DNA of 64,000 bases from IMG/VR virus record IMGVR_UViG_3300043399_000509. The stretch is one strand, 5' to 3'. Of this stretch, positions 9,865 through 18,404 are shown one piece after another. The translations under genes and the position numbers were made by a program. The notes under the pieces are model-generated. The model was not told the origin of the DNA and did no database searches. It worked only from the letters and a program-made list of their open reading frames with translations. How positions within the stretch are numbered: the stretch's first letter is position 1; every line of letters starts with the position of its first letter. This DNA comes from a virus.

Positions 9865-10845
9865 TTATTCTAATCTAAACTCAATATCATCCGCTTTTGG
9901 CATTGTTTTTAGCGTAAAGTATATTTTGTTCTTTTTGACATCCCTGAAGTTGATATTTCTTCCAGAGGATGATACATAAAGTTTTGTTGACTTCTCCAAA
10001 TCATCGATATCTTCCAACTGTTTTGATGCCTGTGTGGATACAACATCAACCAAAGACCCTGCAATTCTTAGAAACTCATAGATGCGTCTGGAAGCATCGA
10101 CTTTATTTTGAACTATCAGTTTTAGCAGTTCATCACACATATCACGGAGGATTTGACTGCGTTTTTGTTTCTCGGCACCAGTGATAGCTTTCTTTTTTAT
10201 GTCATTATAGTCAGCAATATTTTTCCATTTGATTTCAAAGGCTTCTGCTATGGATACCATCTTATTGTATGATTCGATATTCTTTGGGTCTTCTTCGGCA
10301 GTCTTCAAACTAAATGATAGAGTTTCTGTAAGAACATCTTCAGGTTCTTCATCAGCAATTTGTGCTTGCATGGATACAGTTATTCTACCATTGACCACAG
10401 ATTCACCTTCCGCACCATCCGCTGTTATAACAAATGTTATACCTTCTTCTTTTGAATTATTGAGGTATTCGTCTCGTGCTTTTAGGAGTCGGGCAACTTG
10501 TGGCATCTTGAATGGAGAGGCAAGATTTATAAGTTCATCAATCTTATCGTTTAGGTTTCCGATCTCAGATGACGAGTTATAGAGAATCTTGTTCTTTTCT
10601 GTTCTTCGGGGTCTTGTTGAGATTGATAAAGACACATTGAAGATATCGGCTGGATTACTACCCTTTTCTCTTTTGGCATCCTTGGTGATAATGCCTTCGT
10701 ACTTACCAGATGAAAAAAGTGATGGTTCAACAATAGAACGAGCAGCATTCACATCACTTTTGTTCACTCTACCCTGAGAAACAACAGTACCAATGATTAT
10801 TGCAAAAAGACTTTCAAGAACATCACCTTCACTTAGTTTGGACAT
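9865..10845 (-). CDS. Hypothetical protein
   Basis: 326-aa ORF abutting the upstream gene. Confidence 0.6.
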   Translation of the reverse strand: MSKLSEGDVLESLFAIIIGTVVSQGRVNKSDVNAARSIVEPSLFSSGKYEGIITKDAKREKGSNPADIFNVSLSISTRPRRTEKNKILYNSSSEIGNLNDKIDELINLASPFKMPQVARLLKARDEYLNNSKEEGITFVITADGAEGESVVNGRITVSMQAQIADEEPEDVLTETLSFSLKTAEEDPKNIESYNKMVSIAEAFEIKWKNIADYNDIKKKAITGAEKQKRSQILRDMCDELLKLIVQNKVDASRRIYEFLRIAGSLVDVVSTQASKQLEDIDDLEKSTKLYVSSSGRNINFRDVKKNKIYFTLKTMPKADDIEFRLE

Positions 10846-11859
10846 TTAATTATTCGGTCTATATTTCTCAGAATAAGTAGTTTGCTTTACATCACCCAAT
10901 TCTTCTTTACCTGACGATGACGTATTTGGTGTATAGGTTGCAATATGATTTGCCCTTTTACCAGTTCTATGACCATAAAACCTCAGCCCACCTCGCTCTC
11001 TTTTTGCTTCTATGTGGTCGAATGAGTCTAACATATGTTTCCAATTTTCGGTGTGATTTTGAATTTCAGAGCCAGAAGAACCTTTACGTCTTATAGTAAT
11101 TTCATCAAGTCCGGGTGTTTCTGCACTTCTTGTCAATCTTTTCATGGCCATCTTTTTCTTTTCATGGTCCATTCTATTAAAACCTTTTTGGAAAGTATTC
11201 AATAGAACATCTCTTATACCAGACCTAACTTTTCTAAACTCTGGACCTTTTCTTTCGCCCGCTGAACCCAATCTCTTTTTAATTTTTTCTGTTGACTTTT
11301 GTGCCACTGCTTTTATTTTTCCACGTCTTATTTGTTTTTCTTCGGGTGATTCTTCTCCTTTGAACATACCTCTCCTCAATAAACCTAACATTGGACCAAT
11401 GGTCATTTTTCTTAGACTTGGTGTGGATTTGGCATACTTGGCTTGAATACCGATGTGCTTATTCTCATTTGGTTTGCTTGTATTGTGATGAGGATGTTGG
11501 ATGATAACATCTGCTGAACTTTCAATTTTATCTGTATTTGGGTGTTTCATCACTTCAGCAATTTTCTTTTGGCTATCAGCAGTATGAATAGCTTTCATAC
11601 CAGGGACTATTCTTCCCATCTTGTTGTAATGATCATATATTTTTTTAGCATCTTCCTTGGCGTGAAACTCAACTGTGTTCTGTGGGGTTGCTGGTTCTGG
11701 TGCTTTATCAGTTCCATGATGCTGTAAATGATGATTTAGATAATTGGTGAGACTTAGTTCATATTGTTTATCAGGCTTTATAGATGGTTTATTATCACCA
11801 AATAAATCTAATTGCTTTGGATTTTTTGCTTCTGCCAATATCTGTCTAAATGATTTCAT
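10846..11859 (-). CDS. Putative packaged protein, possible PD-(D/E)XK nuclease
   Basis: MKSFRQILAE targeting-like start; SADVII...IGIQAKY motif. Confidence 0.5.
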   Translation of the reverse strand: MKSFRQILAEAKNPKQLDLFGDNKPSIKPDKQYELSLTNYLNHHLQHHGTDKAPEPATPQNTVEFHAKEDAKKIYDHYNKMGRIVPGMKAIHTADSQKKIAEVMKHPNTDKIESSADVIIQHPHHNTSKPNENKHIGIQAKYAKSTPSLRKMTIGPMLGLLRRGMFKGEESPEEKQIRRGKIKAVAQKSTEKIKKRLGSAGERKGPEFRKVRSGIRDVLLNTFQKGFNRMDHEKKKMAMKRLTRSAETPGLDEITIRRKGSSGSEIQNHTENWKHMLDSFDHIEAKRERGGLRFYGHRTGKRANHIATYTPNTSSSGKEELGDVKQTTYSEKYRPNN

Positions 11860-11894
11860 CTATGTTATCTCTGCTTACTGGATGGATAGTATAA

Positions 11895-11902
11895 TATTTA
11901 TA
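11895..11902 (-). promoter_or_regulatory. T4-type late promoter
   Basis: TATAAATA. Confidence 0.7.
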
Positions 11903-12018
11903 TTATGGTGTTATCACACACTTGTTATTTCATGTTACTGGATTTTTGAGACAATTTGTCATATATATGTATGTGCGTCAATACGGCGTAGCATAATAAT
12001 TATATGGAGAATATTCGT

Positions 12019-12108
12019 ATGAAGAACTGGACAAAGCCTGAAGTTCGTGAAGTAGGGACAGCAATGGAAGTTACATCATATCTACCAGCAGAGATTGATA
12101 TCATCTAA
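12019..12108 (+). CDS. pqqA: Pyrroloquinoline quinone precursor peptide PqqA
   Basis: MKNWTKPEVREVGTAMEVTSYLPAEIDII: WxxP leader plus E-x3-Y core (MEVTSY); GGAGA RBS at 12006-12010; downstream terminator. Confidence 0.9.
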   Translation: MKNWTKPEVREVGTAMEVTSYLPAEIDII

Positions 12109-12113
12109 ACAGT

Positions 12114-12138
12114 AAGGCGGGTAACCCCCGCCTTTTTT
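12114..12138 (+). terminator. Intrinsic terminator between convergent pqqA and dps
   Basis: AAGGCGGG-taacc-CCCGCCTT followed by TTTT. Confidence 0.8.
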
Positions 12139-12580
12139 ATTTCTTTAATGCTGTGACCTTCAACATCCAACGATGCTTAAAGTGAGCAGTCAGTCTATCC
12201 TGTAGAAAGTTTGAATATCCATACATCTTTTCTTCTTCAGCCATTTCATAAGCCTCAGTAAGTGTTTGAATAACCTTCTCATTTGTGTCGTATAGATTTG
12301 ATACCATATTCTGTGGTGTAGGAATCGAATCACCTTCTTCAAGGGTTGTAAAATCAATAATACGACGCAATGAACCTGGAGCAAATGAATCAAGTTGTCT
12401 CACATGCTCTGCAAGATCATCAACAGCAGTATGAAGTTCTTCATAAAGATCACCAAAGAAATCATGTAGTTGTGGAAAGTCTGGGCCAACAACATTCCAA
12501 TGATAACTATGTGACTGAAAATACATGGTGAATGTATCTGCCAAAACGACCTTGGACTTTTCGATTAGTTCTGCTGACAT
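12137..12580 (-). CDS. dps: Dps / ferritin-like DNA protection protein
   Basis: HSYHWNVVGPDFPQLHDFF, DDLAEH, KHRWML. Confidence 0.92.
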   Translation of the reverse strand: MSAELIEKSKVVLADTFTMYFQSHSYHWNVVGPDFPQLHDFFGDLYEELHTAVDDLAEHVRQLDSFAPGSLRRIIDFTTLEEGDSIPTPQNMVSNLYDTNEKVIQTLTEAYEMAEEEKMYGYSNFLQDRLTAHFKHRWMLKVTALKK

Positions 12581-12585
12581 AACAA

Positions 12586-12777
12586 TTATTCCTTATATGA
12601 TTGCCACTTATTTATTGGACAGGATGACGACATGATGAGAGACTTGTAGTTCATAAAACACCCACACTTTTTACACCTGCTATTATCTTTTTGATAATGC
12701 TCACATTCATTACAAATCTTCAATCTTTCATCGGCCACTCTTTTACGAGCAGTCCATACAGTATCAAGTAGAGGCAC
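12586..12777 (-). CDS. Small Cys-rich protein
   Basis: RLKICNEC...CKKCGCFM...CPINKW. Confidence 0.6.
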   Translation of the reverse strand: MPLLDTVWTARKRVADERLKICNECEHYQKDNSRCKKCGCFMNYKSLIMSSSCPINKWQSYKE

Positions 12778-13504
12778 TTTTTTTAGGTTTAATCAAAACA
12801 TGATCACCATTATTATTTGTAGTATATTTCCAGCCAAGTTTTCTGCCAAGTCTATTAAAAAAGATTCTCTGGACGCCAATCTTTTTTTCTTTCCCTGATT
12901 GCTTCGGCTCACTATCATACTCTGGGTCTTCTGTGTGGGCCACCAGATGATCTCCTTCACCAACATGATTGCGGGCATGGTGTTCTATTGCTTTAGCAAT
13001 ACCACGCATAGCAGCCTGTCGGCTCTTGGCAGGGAGGTGTTCACTACCCGCTCTGGTTGAAAGTTTTCCACCTACAAAAAAAGCCAACTCATGAACGCCT
13101 TTTTCTTTATCGTGAGTAATGTTTAATTCAACTTGTTTTGACGATCCATCTCTGGTTGGAACAGAAAATATATGATCGTATTCTGTTACTCTTTTATATG
13201 GTGTTACTTTCCATTGTGGTTCTTCCTCGTCCTCGTCTTCTAAAAGAAAACCAAAGACATAATCCCAATCAATATCTTCTTCAAGGTGAGCCTTGTTGAG
13301 TTTGCTGTAGTAGTCTGGTCTTTCACCAAGATGGTCTCTGGCAATCTCGTCAGCAACCTTGGAAGATTTGGTATGTTCTTTTTCTACCTTGTGTCCCATA
13401 CCAAGTTGTCTCTTGATTTGTGCCAGAGAAACATCATGCTTGCTGGCGATCTGTTCAGGAGTCAGGGTCTTGCGATTAAGTAGTTCCTTGATGGTCTTTA
13501 CCAT
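12764..13504 (-). CDS. Two-module hypothetical late protein
   Basis: GHKVEKEH...EIARDHLGERPDYYSKL module, then a LEE linker and a second domain. Confidence 0.55.
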   Translation of the reverse strand: MVKTIKELLNRKTLTPEQIASKHDVSLAQIKRQLGMGHKVEKEHTKSSKVADEIARDHLGERPDYYSKLNKAHLEEDIDWDYVFGFLLEDEDEEEPQWKVTPYKRVTEYDHIFSVPTRDGSSKQVELNITHDKEKGVHELAFFVGGKLSTRAGSEHLPAKSRQAAMRGIAKAIEHHARNHVGEGDHLVAHTEDPEYDSEPKQSGKEKKIGVQRIFFNRLGRKLGWKYTTNNNGDHVLIKPKKSAST

Positions 13505-14418
13505 TACTTTTTGCTCCCCAAAGTCCTTGCTGCTTCCATTCTAACATATGAATCAGGATCATTTACTAACTTACCAGCATGTTCTGGATGTTTGGCAACT
13601 TCTTTACGAACTTTCCAATGAGGATCATTTACTAACTTACCAGCATGTTCTGGGTATCTAGCTACTGTCCTACGAACTAACTCATCAGGGTCATTTATTA
13701 ACCTACCAGCGATTTCAGATTTTGCTTTTTGTTTTAATTCTTCTTCCTTTTTTTCATTACCAAAAAATGCACCCCATTTACTATTTTGTAGGTGCTCTGA
13801 TTTCTGTAGGTCTGGGTACTGTCTAACAAGATGTCTCAATCCAACTTCATCATTTTTTTCGTCTCTTGCTACAGCATTTTCTCCTTCATGGTAAGCATAA
13901 CGTTTATTATCTGGGGTGTGGATAACATACATTTGGTTTTTTTCTTTACCAGAATATCTATTGAAAAAATTTGTGCCGGTTTTCCCCTTTGAACTAACAC
14001 ACCATTTGGTTCCTTTACAATGTGGTCCTTTTGCTGCTTCTGGTGTTTCTATATGTCTTACTTTTAGACCATTTCCATTATCATAAACGACCGGAGCACC
14101 ACTCTTGGCTGTTTCTGTTTCAGCTTCCTTTGATTCTGCTTTTTCAACATGTGGTTGTAACTGCTGCCGAACATGCTCAAATGAAGGATGCTGACTAAAA
14201 TCTTTTAACTTACCTTGGAGTTTGGAACCATGTTTATCAAAGGCGTTTAGAGTAGATGTTATTTTTTCATTGTCTTTTGGTAAACCTGACATTTTAGCCA
14301 AGGCTGATCCATACTTCACAAGATGTCTATCTGACAGGCCAGCCAAATGTGGATGTTGCTGCCTGAGATCATCAGCCTTACCTTCCAATAATATGGTATA
14401 CTCTAAAAATGACAACAT
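13504..14418 (-). CDS. Putative internal protein with C-terminal HEAT/LRV-like repeats
   Basis: MLSFLEY...LLE start; KWCVS domain; three 21-aa (H/I)AG(K/R)L(V/I)NDP..VR repeats. Confidence 0.6.
   Translation of the reverse strand: MLSFLEYTILLEGKADDLRQQHPHLAGLSDRHLVKYGSALAKMSGLPKDNEKITSTLNAFDKHGSKLQGKLKDFSQHPSFEHVRQQLQPHVEKAESKEAETETAKSGAPVVYDNGNGLKVRHIETPEAAKGPHCKGTKWCVSSKGKTGTNFFNRYSGKEKNQMYVIHTPDNKRYAYHEGENAVARDEKNDEVGLRHLVRQYPDLQKSEHLQNSKWGAFFGNEKKEEELKQKAKSEIAGRLINDPDELVRRTVARYPEHAGKLVNDPHWKVRKEVAKHPEHAGKLVNDPDSYVRMEAARTLGSKK
13552..13710. repeat. 63-bp coding tandem repeat (about 2.5 units)
   Basis: aggatcatttactaacttaccagcatgttctgg recurs at 63-bp spacing. Confidence 0.8.
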
Positions 14419-14690
14419 TATTTTTTGCTCTTTAGTTCTTTGGTAATGGCACGACAGGCATCTCTCATTTTGCTATAGTCAGTGAGCATTACAGTAAGTT
14501 GTGAGCTATCTGGAAGGGATTTTAGTTCTTGTGCTGCCTTTGTCAAGGCATCTTTACTATATTGTTTTAGCACAGGACATTTGGCAAGAACAAGGGTCTT
14601 TGCCTGTTGCTTTTCTTGGGCAGTCATATCAGAAATGGTGGCACAACCACCAAGCATCAATGCAGATGCTAAAATAAAAATATTTTTCAA
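14418..14690 (-). CDS. Lipoprotein, putative o-spanin
   Basis: Lipobox LGGC; overlaps the upstream TM gene. Confidence 0.6.
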   Translation of the reverse strand: MKNIFILASALMLGGCATISDMTAQEKQQAKTLVLAKCPVLKQYSKDALTKAAQELKSLPDSSQLTVMLTDYSKMRDACRAITKELKSKK

Positions 14691-14914
14691 AACGAACCAT
14701 CCTCCATTTTTTTTATAACATCTTCTTTTGTTCTATCCTGGGATAGAATCTCTGTTTGCCTACGATTTATTTCAATTTCTTCTTTGGCAAGTTCAGCCTT
14801 GGCTTTTTCTTCACCCCAGGACACCAATCTTAACTCTTTGAAATAATCAGCAAATCTGTTGAATAGTCCTAGGGCACCATTAAGGAGCCCTAGGATGACT
14901 GACATAAAAGTCAT
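14687..14914 (-). CDS. Putative i-spanin
   Basis: N-terminal hydrophobic segment plus coiled coil; precedes the lipoprotein. Confidence 0.5.
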   Translation of the reverse strand: MTFMSVILGLLNGALGLFNRFADYFKELRLVSWGEEKAKAELAKEEIEINRRQTEILSQDRTKEDVIKKMEDGSF

Positions 14915-14921
14915 TTATATC

Positions 14922-15104
14922 CTACCGCATACCGGGAGGAGTTGTGGTGATGGCACGCATTACTGCCATTAGAACAGCCATAATAACAGTTGCCCAACCA
15001 GCGGAAGGGTCTGTTAGAACGGCATTCCAATCAACAATGGCAAGAGCACCAAACATAGCAGCAAGGGCTGCTACAATATATGTACGATAACCTACAAGAT
15101 TCAT
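14922..15104 (-). CDS. Putative holin (2 TM)
   Basis: GYRTYIVAA...; two hydrophobic helices; RAITTTP tail. Confidence 0.55.
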   Translation of the reverse strand: MNLVGYRTYIVAALAAMFGALAIVDWNAVLTDPSAGWATVIMAVLMAVMRAITTTPPGMR

Positions 15105-15164
15105 TTTATCATTCTCCTTTCAAGAGATATTTTCGTATATTTAGTGACTAAATGATTTAGACGA

Positions 15165-15665
15165 TTACTCAGGCTTTACTTCTTCAACAACTGGTTCAGC
15201 AACAGGAGCTTCTACTGGATTATCATGTGAGGTTGAAATAGCAGCAGCAAGAGCATCTGTTGATGCATCAAGCTTGGCAACCAGATCATCAAGAGCTGAT
15301 GTGTCGATCTTTTCTTCGTTCTTTACCTTTAGTTCTTCGGTAACAGCCTTTAGTTCGTCTGTTAGTTTGGCAATAAACTGTATTGCTGATTCATGGACTG
15401 TCTGTACTCGTGTGACTTCTGCGGCAAGGGCTTCTACATTAAGGCTCATTTGGTTCATCCTTCCTTCTAAGATTAGAACTAGCTTCTGTATATTCACATC
15501 GACACTGGCATTATCATATGGTGGAAATATATGTTCGTCCCTAAACTCTTTGATTTTTACCGAAACTTTCGATAACAGGCACTTCAAAGGATCAAGGTTT
15601 AGACTAAAAGAGTAAGATTTCATGGGATTTGATACCTCATATAGTGGTGGATTCCTATCCACCAC
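15165..15665 (-). CDS. Coiled-coil protein (true start probably further downstream)
   Basis: Ala/Glu-rich heptads. Confidence 0.5.
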   Translation of the reverse strand: MVDRNPPLYEVSNPMKSYSFSLNLDPLKCLLSKVSVKIKEFRDEHIFPPYDNASVDVNIQKLVLILEGRMNQMSLNVEALAAEVTRVQTVHESAIQFIAKLTDELKAVTEELKVKNEEKIDTSALDDLVAKLDASTDALAAAISTSHDNPVEAPVAEPVVEEVKPE

Positions 15666-15670
15666 AAAGG

Positions 15671-15684
15671 TATTTATATAAATA
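15671..15684. promoter_or_regulatory. Overlapping divergent late promoters
   Basis: Palindrome TATTTATATAAATA reads TATAAATA on both strands. Confidence 0.7.
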
Positions 15685-15717
15685 TGATGCTATTAGAAGC
15701 CAATAAAGGAAATAATT

Positions 15718-16014
15718 ATGCCAACCAAAACTGTAAAAGAAAATGTAACAATAACATACTCAAATGGAGTAATAACAATAACAGGAAAAACATTTTCTTT
15801 GGAGGGTGTTGTGCCTTCTTCAGAACTGATGTCTGTCTATTGGGGCAGTAAAGGAAAAGGCACGGCCAAACTATCTGTTAAGATAGATGAACCCGTGCCA
15901 GTTAAAAAGCCAGAAGTTAAGGTTTTAAGAGATTATATCAATGACCTTGCAGATCAAGGTCTAACAGAAGATGAAATTTTTGCTAGTAAAATCTCTATGC
16001 CCGAGACTGATTAA
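15718..16014 (+). CDS. Hypothetical protein
   Basis: ORF with AAGGA RBS behind a late promoter. Confidence 0.6.
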   Translation: MPTKTVKENVTITYSNGVITITGKTFSLEGVVPSSELMSVYWGSKGKGTAKLSVKIDEPVPVKKPEVKVLRDYINDLADQGLTEDEIFASKISMPETD

Positions 16015-16165
16015 GTTTACTTAGAAGCTGTTTCTTTGTGTATCTCAAATCATTGATTTCTGTGTGACGATACTGAAGCTTCTGTTTAGTTTCTTTTAAT
16101 TCTCTTTTGAGTTGTTCGTTTTCTTCTTGAAGATTTTGAACAAGAGTTTTGACAGACTTTAACAT
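15995..16165 (-). CDS. Small coiled-coil protein (56 aa)
   Basis: Manual translation MLKSVKTLVQNLQEENEQLKRELKE... Confidence 0.45.
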   Translation of the reverse strand: MLKSVKTLVQNLQEENEQLKRELKETKQKLQYRHTEINDLRYTKKQLLSKLNQSRA

Positions 16166-16195
16166 CTATATCATACCTTTTGTTGTTTAAAAAAT

Positions 16196-16318
16196 TGGCG
16201 ACCCGTTAGCCGTCCGGATTTGGAACCCTGGACAATGACCCCCAACCATACTCTAGAACTTCGGTTGGGACTTATATACCGCTACGAGCCGAGAGCGGTT
16301 GGAGCAAATGGCAGTCAC
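16196..16318 (-). ncRNA. Unassigned structured RNA ending in CCA
   Basis: GC-rich non-coding stretch; terminal stem plus three hairpins; TATAAATA at 16346-16353. Confidence 0.55.
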
Positions 16319-16353
16319 GAGTTCAAAGTTCGTTTTACCATTTTCTATTTATA

Positions 16354-16430
16354 TGGCGATCCCGGCAGGATTTGAACCTGCGACCTAATGCTTAGAAGGC
16401 ATTTGCTCTATCCAACTGAGCTACGGGACC
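16354..16430 (-). tRNA. tRNA-Arg(TCT)
   Basis: Cloverleaf, loop CT-TCT-AA, GGTTCAAATCC, CCA. Confidence 0.95.
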
Positions 16431-16435
16431 TGACT

Positions 16436-16684
16436 TTATTCATCATGTTCACTTAATATAGCACGCTTTTCTTGGATTGTCAACTCATTAAAATGCTTCC
16501 GGGGATTTCCACACACCCAACACGAGCAAGAAGCAAGATGATCTGCATTTTTGATGATTGCTTCTTCTGGTATATTCATAAACCAACTGCTCTGTTCAGC
16601 AAACCTAATCGCCTTTTGTTTCTGTACCTGATTTCGGTAGCGGCGTTCAGCTCGCTTCTTGTTCTTGGTTGGAAAGTCGTTCAT
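16436..16684 (-). CDS. Hypothetical phage protein
   Basis: CSCWVCGNPRKHF motif; likely start MNDFPT. Confidence 0.55.
   Translation of the reverse strand: MNDFPTKNKKRAERRYRNQVQKQKAIRFAEQSSWFMNIPEEAIIKNADHLASCSCWVCGNPRKHFNELTIQEKRAILSEHDE
16455..16483 (-). promoter_or_regulatory. sigma70-type promoter for tRNA-Arg
   Basis: TTGACA-N17-TATATT. Confidence 0.7.
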
Positions 16685-17000
16685 GAAGTTCCTTTCTATC
16701 TTCTTCCTCGGCCAGAAGCCCTCTATGAATAAGATTGTGTATGGACATATACCCACTATCCATTCCTATCATATAGGCTTCTGGTCCGAAGTTAAACACA
16801 TCATACAATACATAACGAAAGCTGCCTTGTTCTTCAATATCTCCCTTGAAGATTCTTTTACATACTGAATAGAAAGCTTTTAGTTTATCGTCTGGTGACA
16901 TAGCAGACCAAAAAGAATCTGCATCACTGTCGTATAGTACTGACTGTTGACGCCATACTTGTGCTACATTTTCTAATTGTTCTGCTATGTCTTTTGCCAT
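16647..17000 (-). CDS. Hypothetical protein
   Basis: Likely start MAKDIAEQ; GSFRYVLYDVFNFGPEAY. Confidence 0.55.
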   Translation of the reverse strand: MAKDIAEQLENVAQVWRQQSVLYDSDADSFWSAMSPDDKLKAFYSVCKRIFKGDIEEQGSFRYVLYDVFNFGPEAYMIGMDSGYMSIHNLIHRGLLAEEEDRKELHERLSNQEQEAS

Positions 17001-17001
17001 A

Positions 17002-17313
17002 TTATTCCACCACATCCATAACAACTTCATACTGTCCGGGTGCAACTTCACAAACAACGGCACTCGTGACAGATGCCTTACCAGACTTTTCAAACCGCTT
17101 GAGAAGAACACCATAGCCAGCAACAGCCGAACCACAATCTTCCAAACGACGACCAGTTACAAGAGAACCCTTGTAGCCGTTCTCGTCCAACCACTGTAAC
17201 ATACCAACCGTGCCATTGTCAAGTACCATTGGTTCATCATAAACCTTGGCACTCGTGGTAGCACAAGCAGCAAGAAAGGTGGTTGAAACAAGAGCCATAA
17301 TAATCTTTGTCAT
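17002..17313 (-). CDS. Lipoprotein
   Basis: Lipobox LAAC. Confidence 0.6.
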   Translation of the reverse strand: MTKIIMALVSTTFLAACATTSAKVYDEPMVLDNGTVGMLQWLDENGYKGSLVTGRRLEDCGSAVAGYGVLLKRFEKSGKASVTSAVVCEVAPGQYEVVMDVVE

Positions 17314-17325
17314 AGTGAGTTTCCT

Positions 17326-17589
17326 TTATTCGTCGATTTGAATCAGGTTACCTTCTTTGAAACACATATTCTTACCATTACTCTGTACATAGACACCACT
17401 CATACTTTGACATGCTGCCATATAGACCTTTTCTTTCTCTGCTCGCACAGGATCATGGTTGATCGATTGTATAACAAAGGATATAACTCCAATAAAAAGT
17501 GTAATAACAAGAATAATAAGAAAGCCAAAAACAACAAAGAAAAAACCTTCAACAACTTTTTCAACCCAATGTTTTGTTTCACCGTACAT
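17326..17589 (-). CDS. Membrane protein
   Basis: Long hydrophobic helix. Confidence 0.55.
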   Translation of the reverse strand: MYGETKHWVEKVVEGFFFVVFGFLIILVITLFIGVISFVIQSINHDPVRAEKEKVYMAACQSMSGVYVQSNGKNMCFKEGNLIQIDE

Positions 17590-17611
17590 TTTTCATATCC
17601 TTAAAAAGAGT

Positions 17612-17687
17612 TGGTGGAAGCACCAGGACTCGAACCTGGAACCAATCGGTTATGAGCCGATAGCTCTAACCATTGAGCTATGCTTCC
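17612..17687 (-). tRNA. tRNA with CAT anticodon (Ile2-like or Met)
   Basis: Cloverleaf, loop CT-CAT-AA, CCA; body resembles lysidine-type tRNA-Ile2. Confidence 0.9.
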
Positions 17688-17692
17688 TTTGT

Positions 17693-17777
17693 TGGTGCGG
17701 TCAGCCGGACTTGAACCGGCACAGCCGAAGCCCAGAGTTTTTAAGACTCTTGTGTCTACCGATTTCACCATGACCGC
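17693..17777 (-). tRNA. tRNA-Leu(TAA)
   Basis: Cloverleaf with long variable arm, loop CT-TAA-AA, CCA. Confidence 0.93.
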
Positions 17778-18272
17778 CTATTCTTCAATATAATCCTTAA
17801 CAGCCTTTTCCATATACTGGTTTAGTGTAAGGTCTTGTTTATGTGCTGCCAACATCAACTTATATAATGTCTTGGGGTCGATGTCAACAGGCACTACCAC
17901 ACGGTCATCATAATCTTCATCATTGACAATGGCATCAAGCTTTTCAAAGAAGTCTTGTTCTGTTTCCAGATCAATATACTTCACTTCATCCCAGGCCTGA
18001 TTTCCATCAATACCTCTTTCCTCAGCCTCTAAGGTATAGTCCTTTTTATAGTCTGGGTTGATCAAACGATAAGCCCGTTGGAGTTTGTAATCACAAACTG
18101 TGGCCTCATATATCATTTGAGTAACCGAATCAAACACAACAGAGGCTGAGTATTCATTAAGTTCAGCACAATCTAAGATACGTGCATTTGGTCCATAACA
18201 ATCCCATTCAAACTTAGAACCGTCAGTGATATTATATTGTGTTGTTTCAAGGAAATCTTTAAGAGTGATCAT
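17778..18272 (-). CDS. Conserved phage hypothetical protein
   Basis: Likely start MITLKDFLE; C-terminal LAAHKQDLTLNQY resembles a ribbon-helix-helix. Confidence 0.6.
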   Translation of the reverse strand: MITLKDFLETTQYNITDGSKFEWDCYGPNARILDCAELNEYSASVVFDSVTQMIYEATVCDYKLQRAYRLINPDYKKDYTLEAEERGIDGNQAWDEVKYIDLETEQDFFEKLDAIVNDEDYDDRVVVPVDIDPKTLYKLMLAAHKQDLTLNQYMEKAVKDYIEE

Positions 18273-18404
18273 AGTAAGTGTCCTCTTTGTTATATCCAAC
18301 CTGGAACTTCTCTGCTTCGGCAAGATGATCATCAACAAAGCCCCAAGTTGTAAGCTTACGGGCAAACCGAATAAACTTTAGGGCTAACCAGTTTCTAATA
18401 ACCA

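Noticed and set aside
11744-12022. 92-aa + strand ORF upstream of pqqA
   Set aside because: It overlaps a real gene antisense and crosses promoter DNA; the RBS belongs to the 29-aa peptide.
13552-13710. Possible CRISPR-like repeats (also 29398-29650 and 26633-26700)
   Set aside because: These are in-frame coding repeats with no unique spacers and no cas genes.
16196-16340. HDV-like (theta) ribozyme, suggested by the GGCUAA...GCCA ending and the adjacent tRNA
   Set aside because: I could not build the P1/P3/L3/P1.1 nested pseudoknot, and the element does not start at the tRNA 3' end. Kept only as an unassigned RNA.
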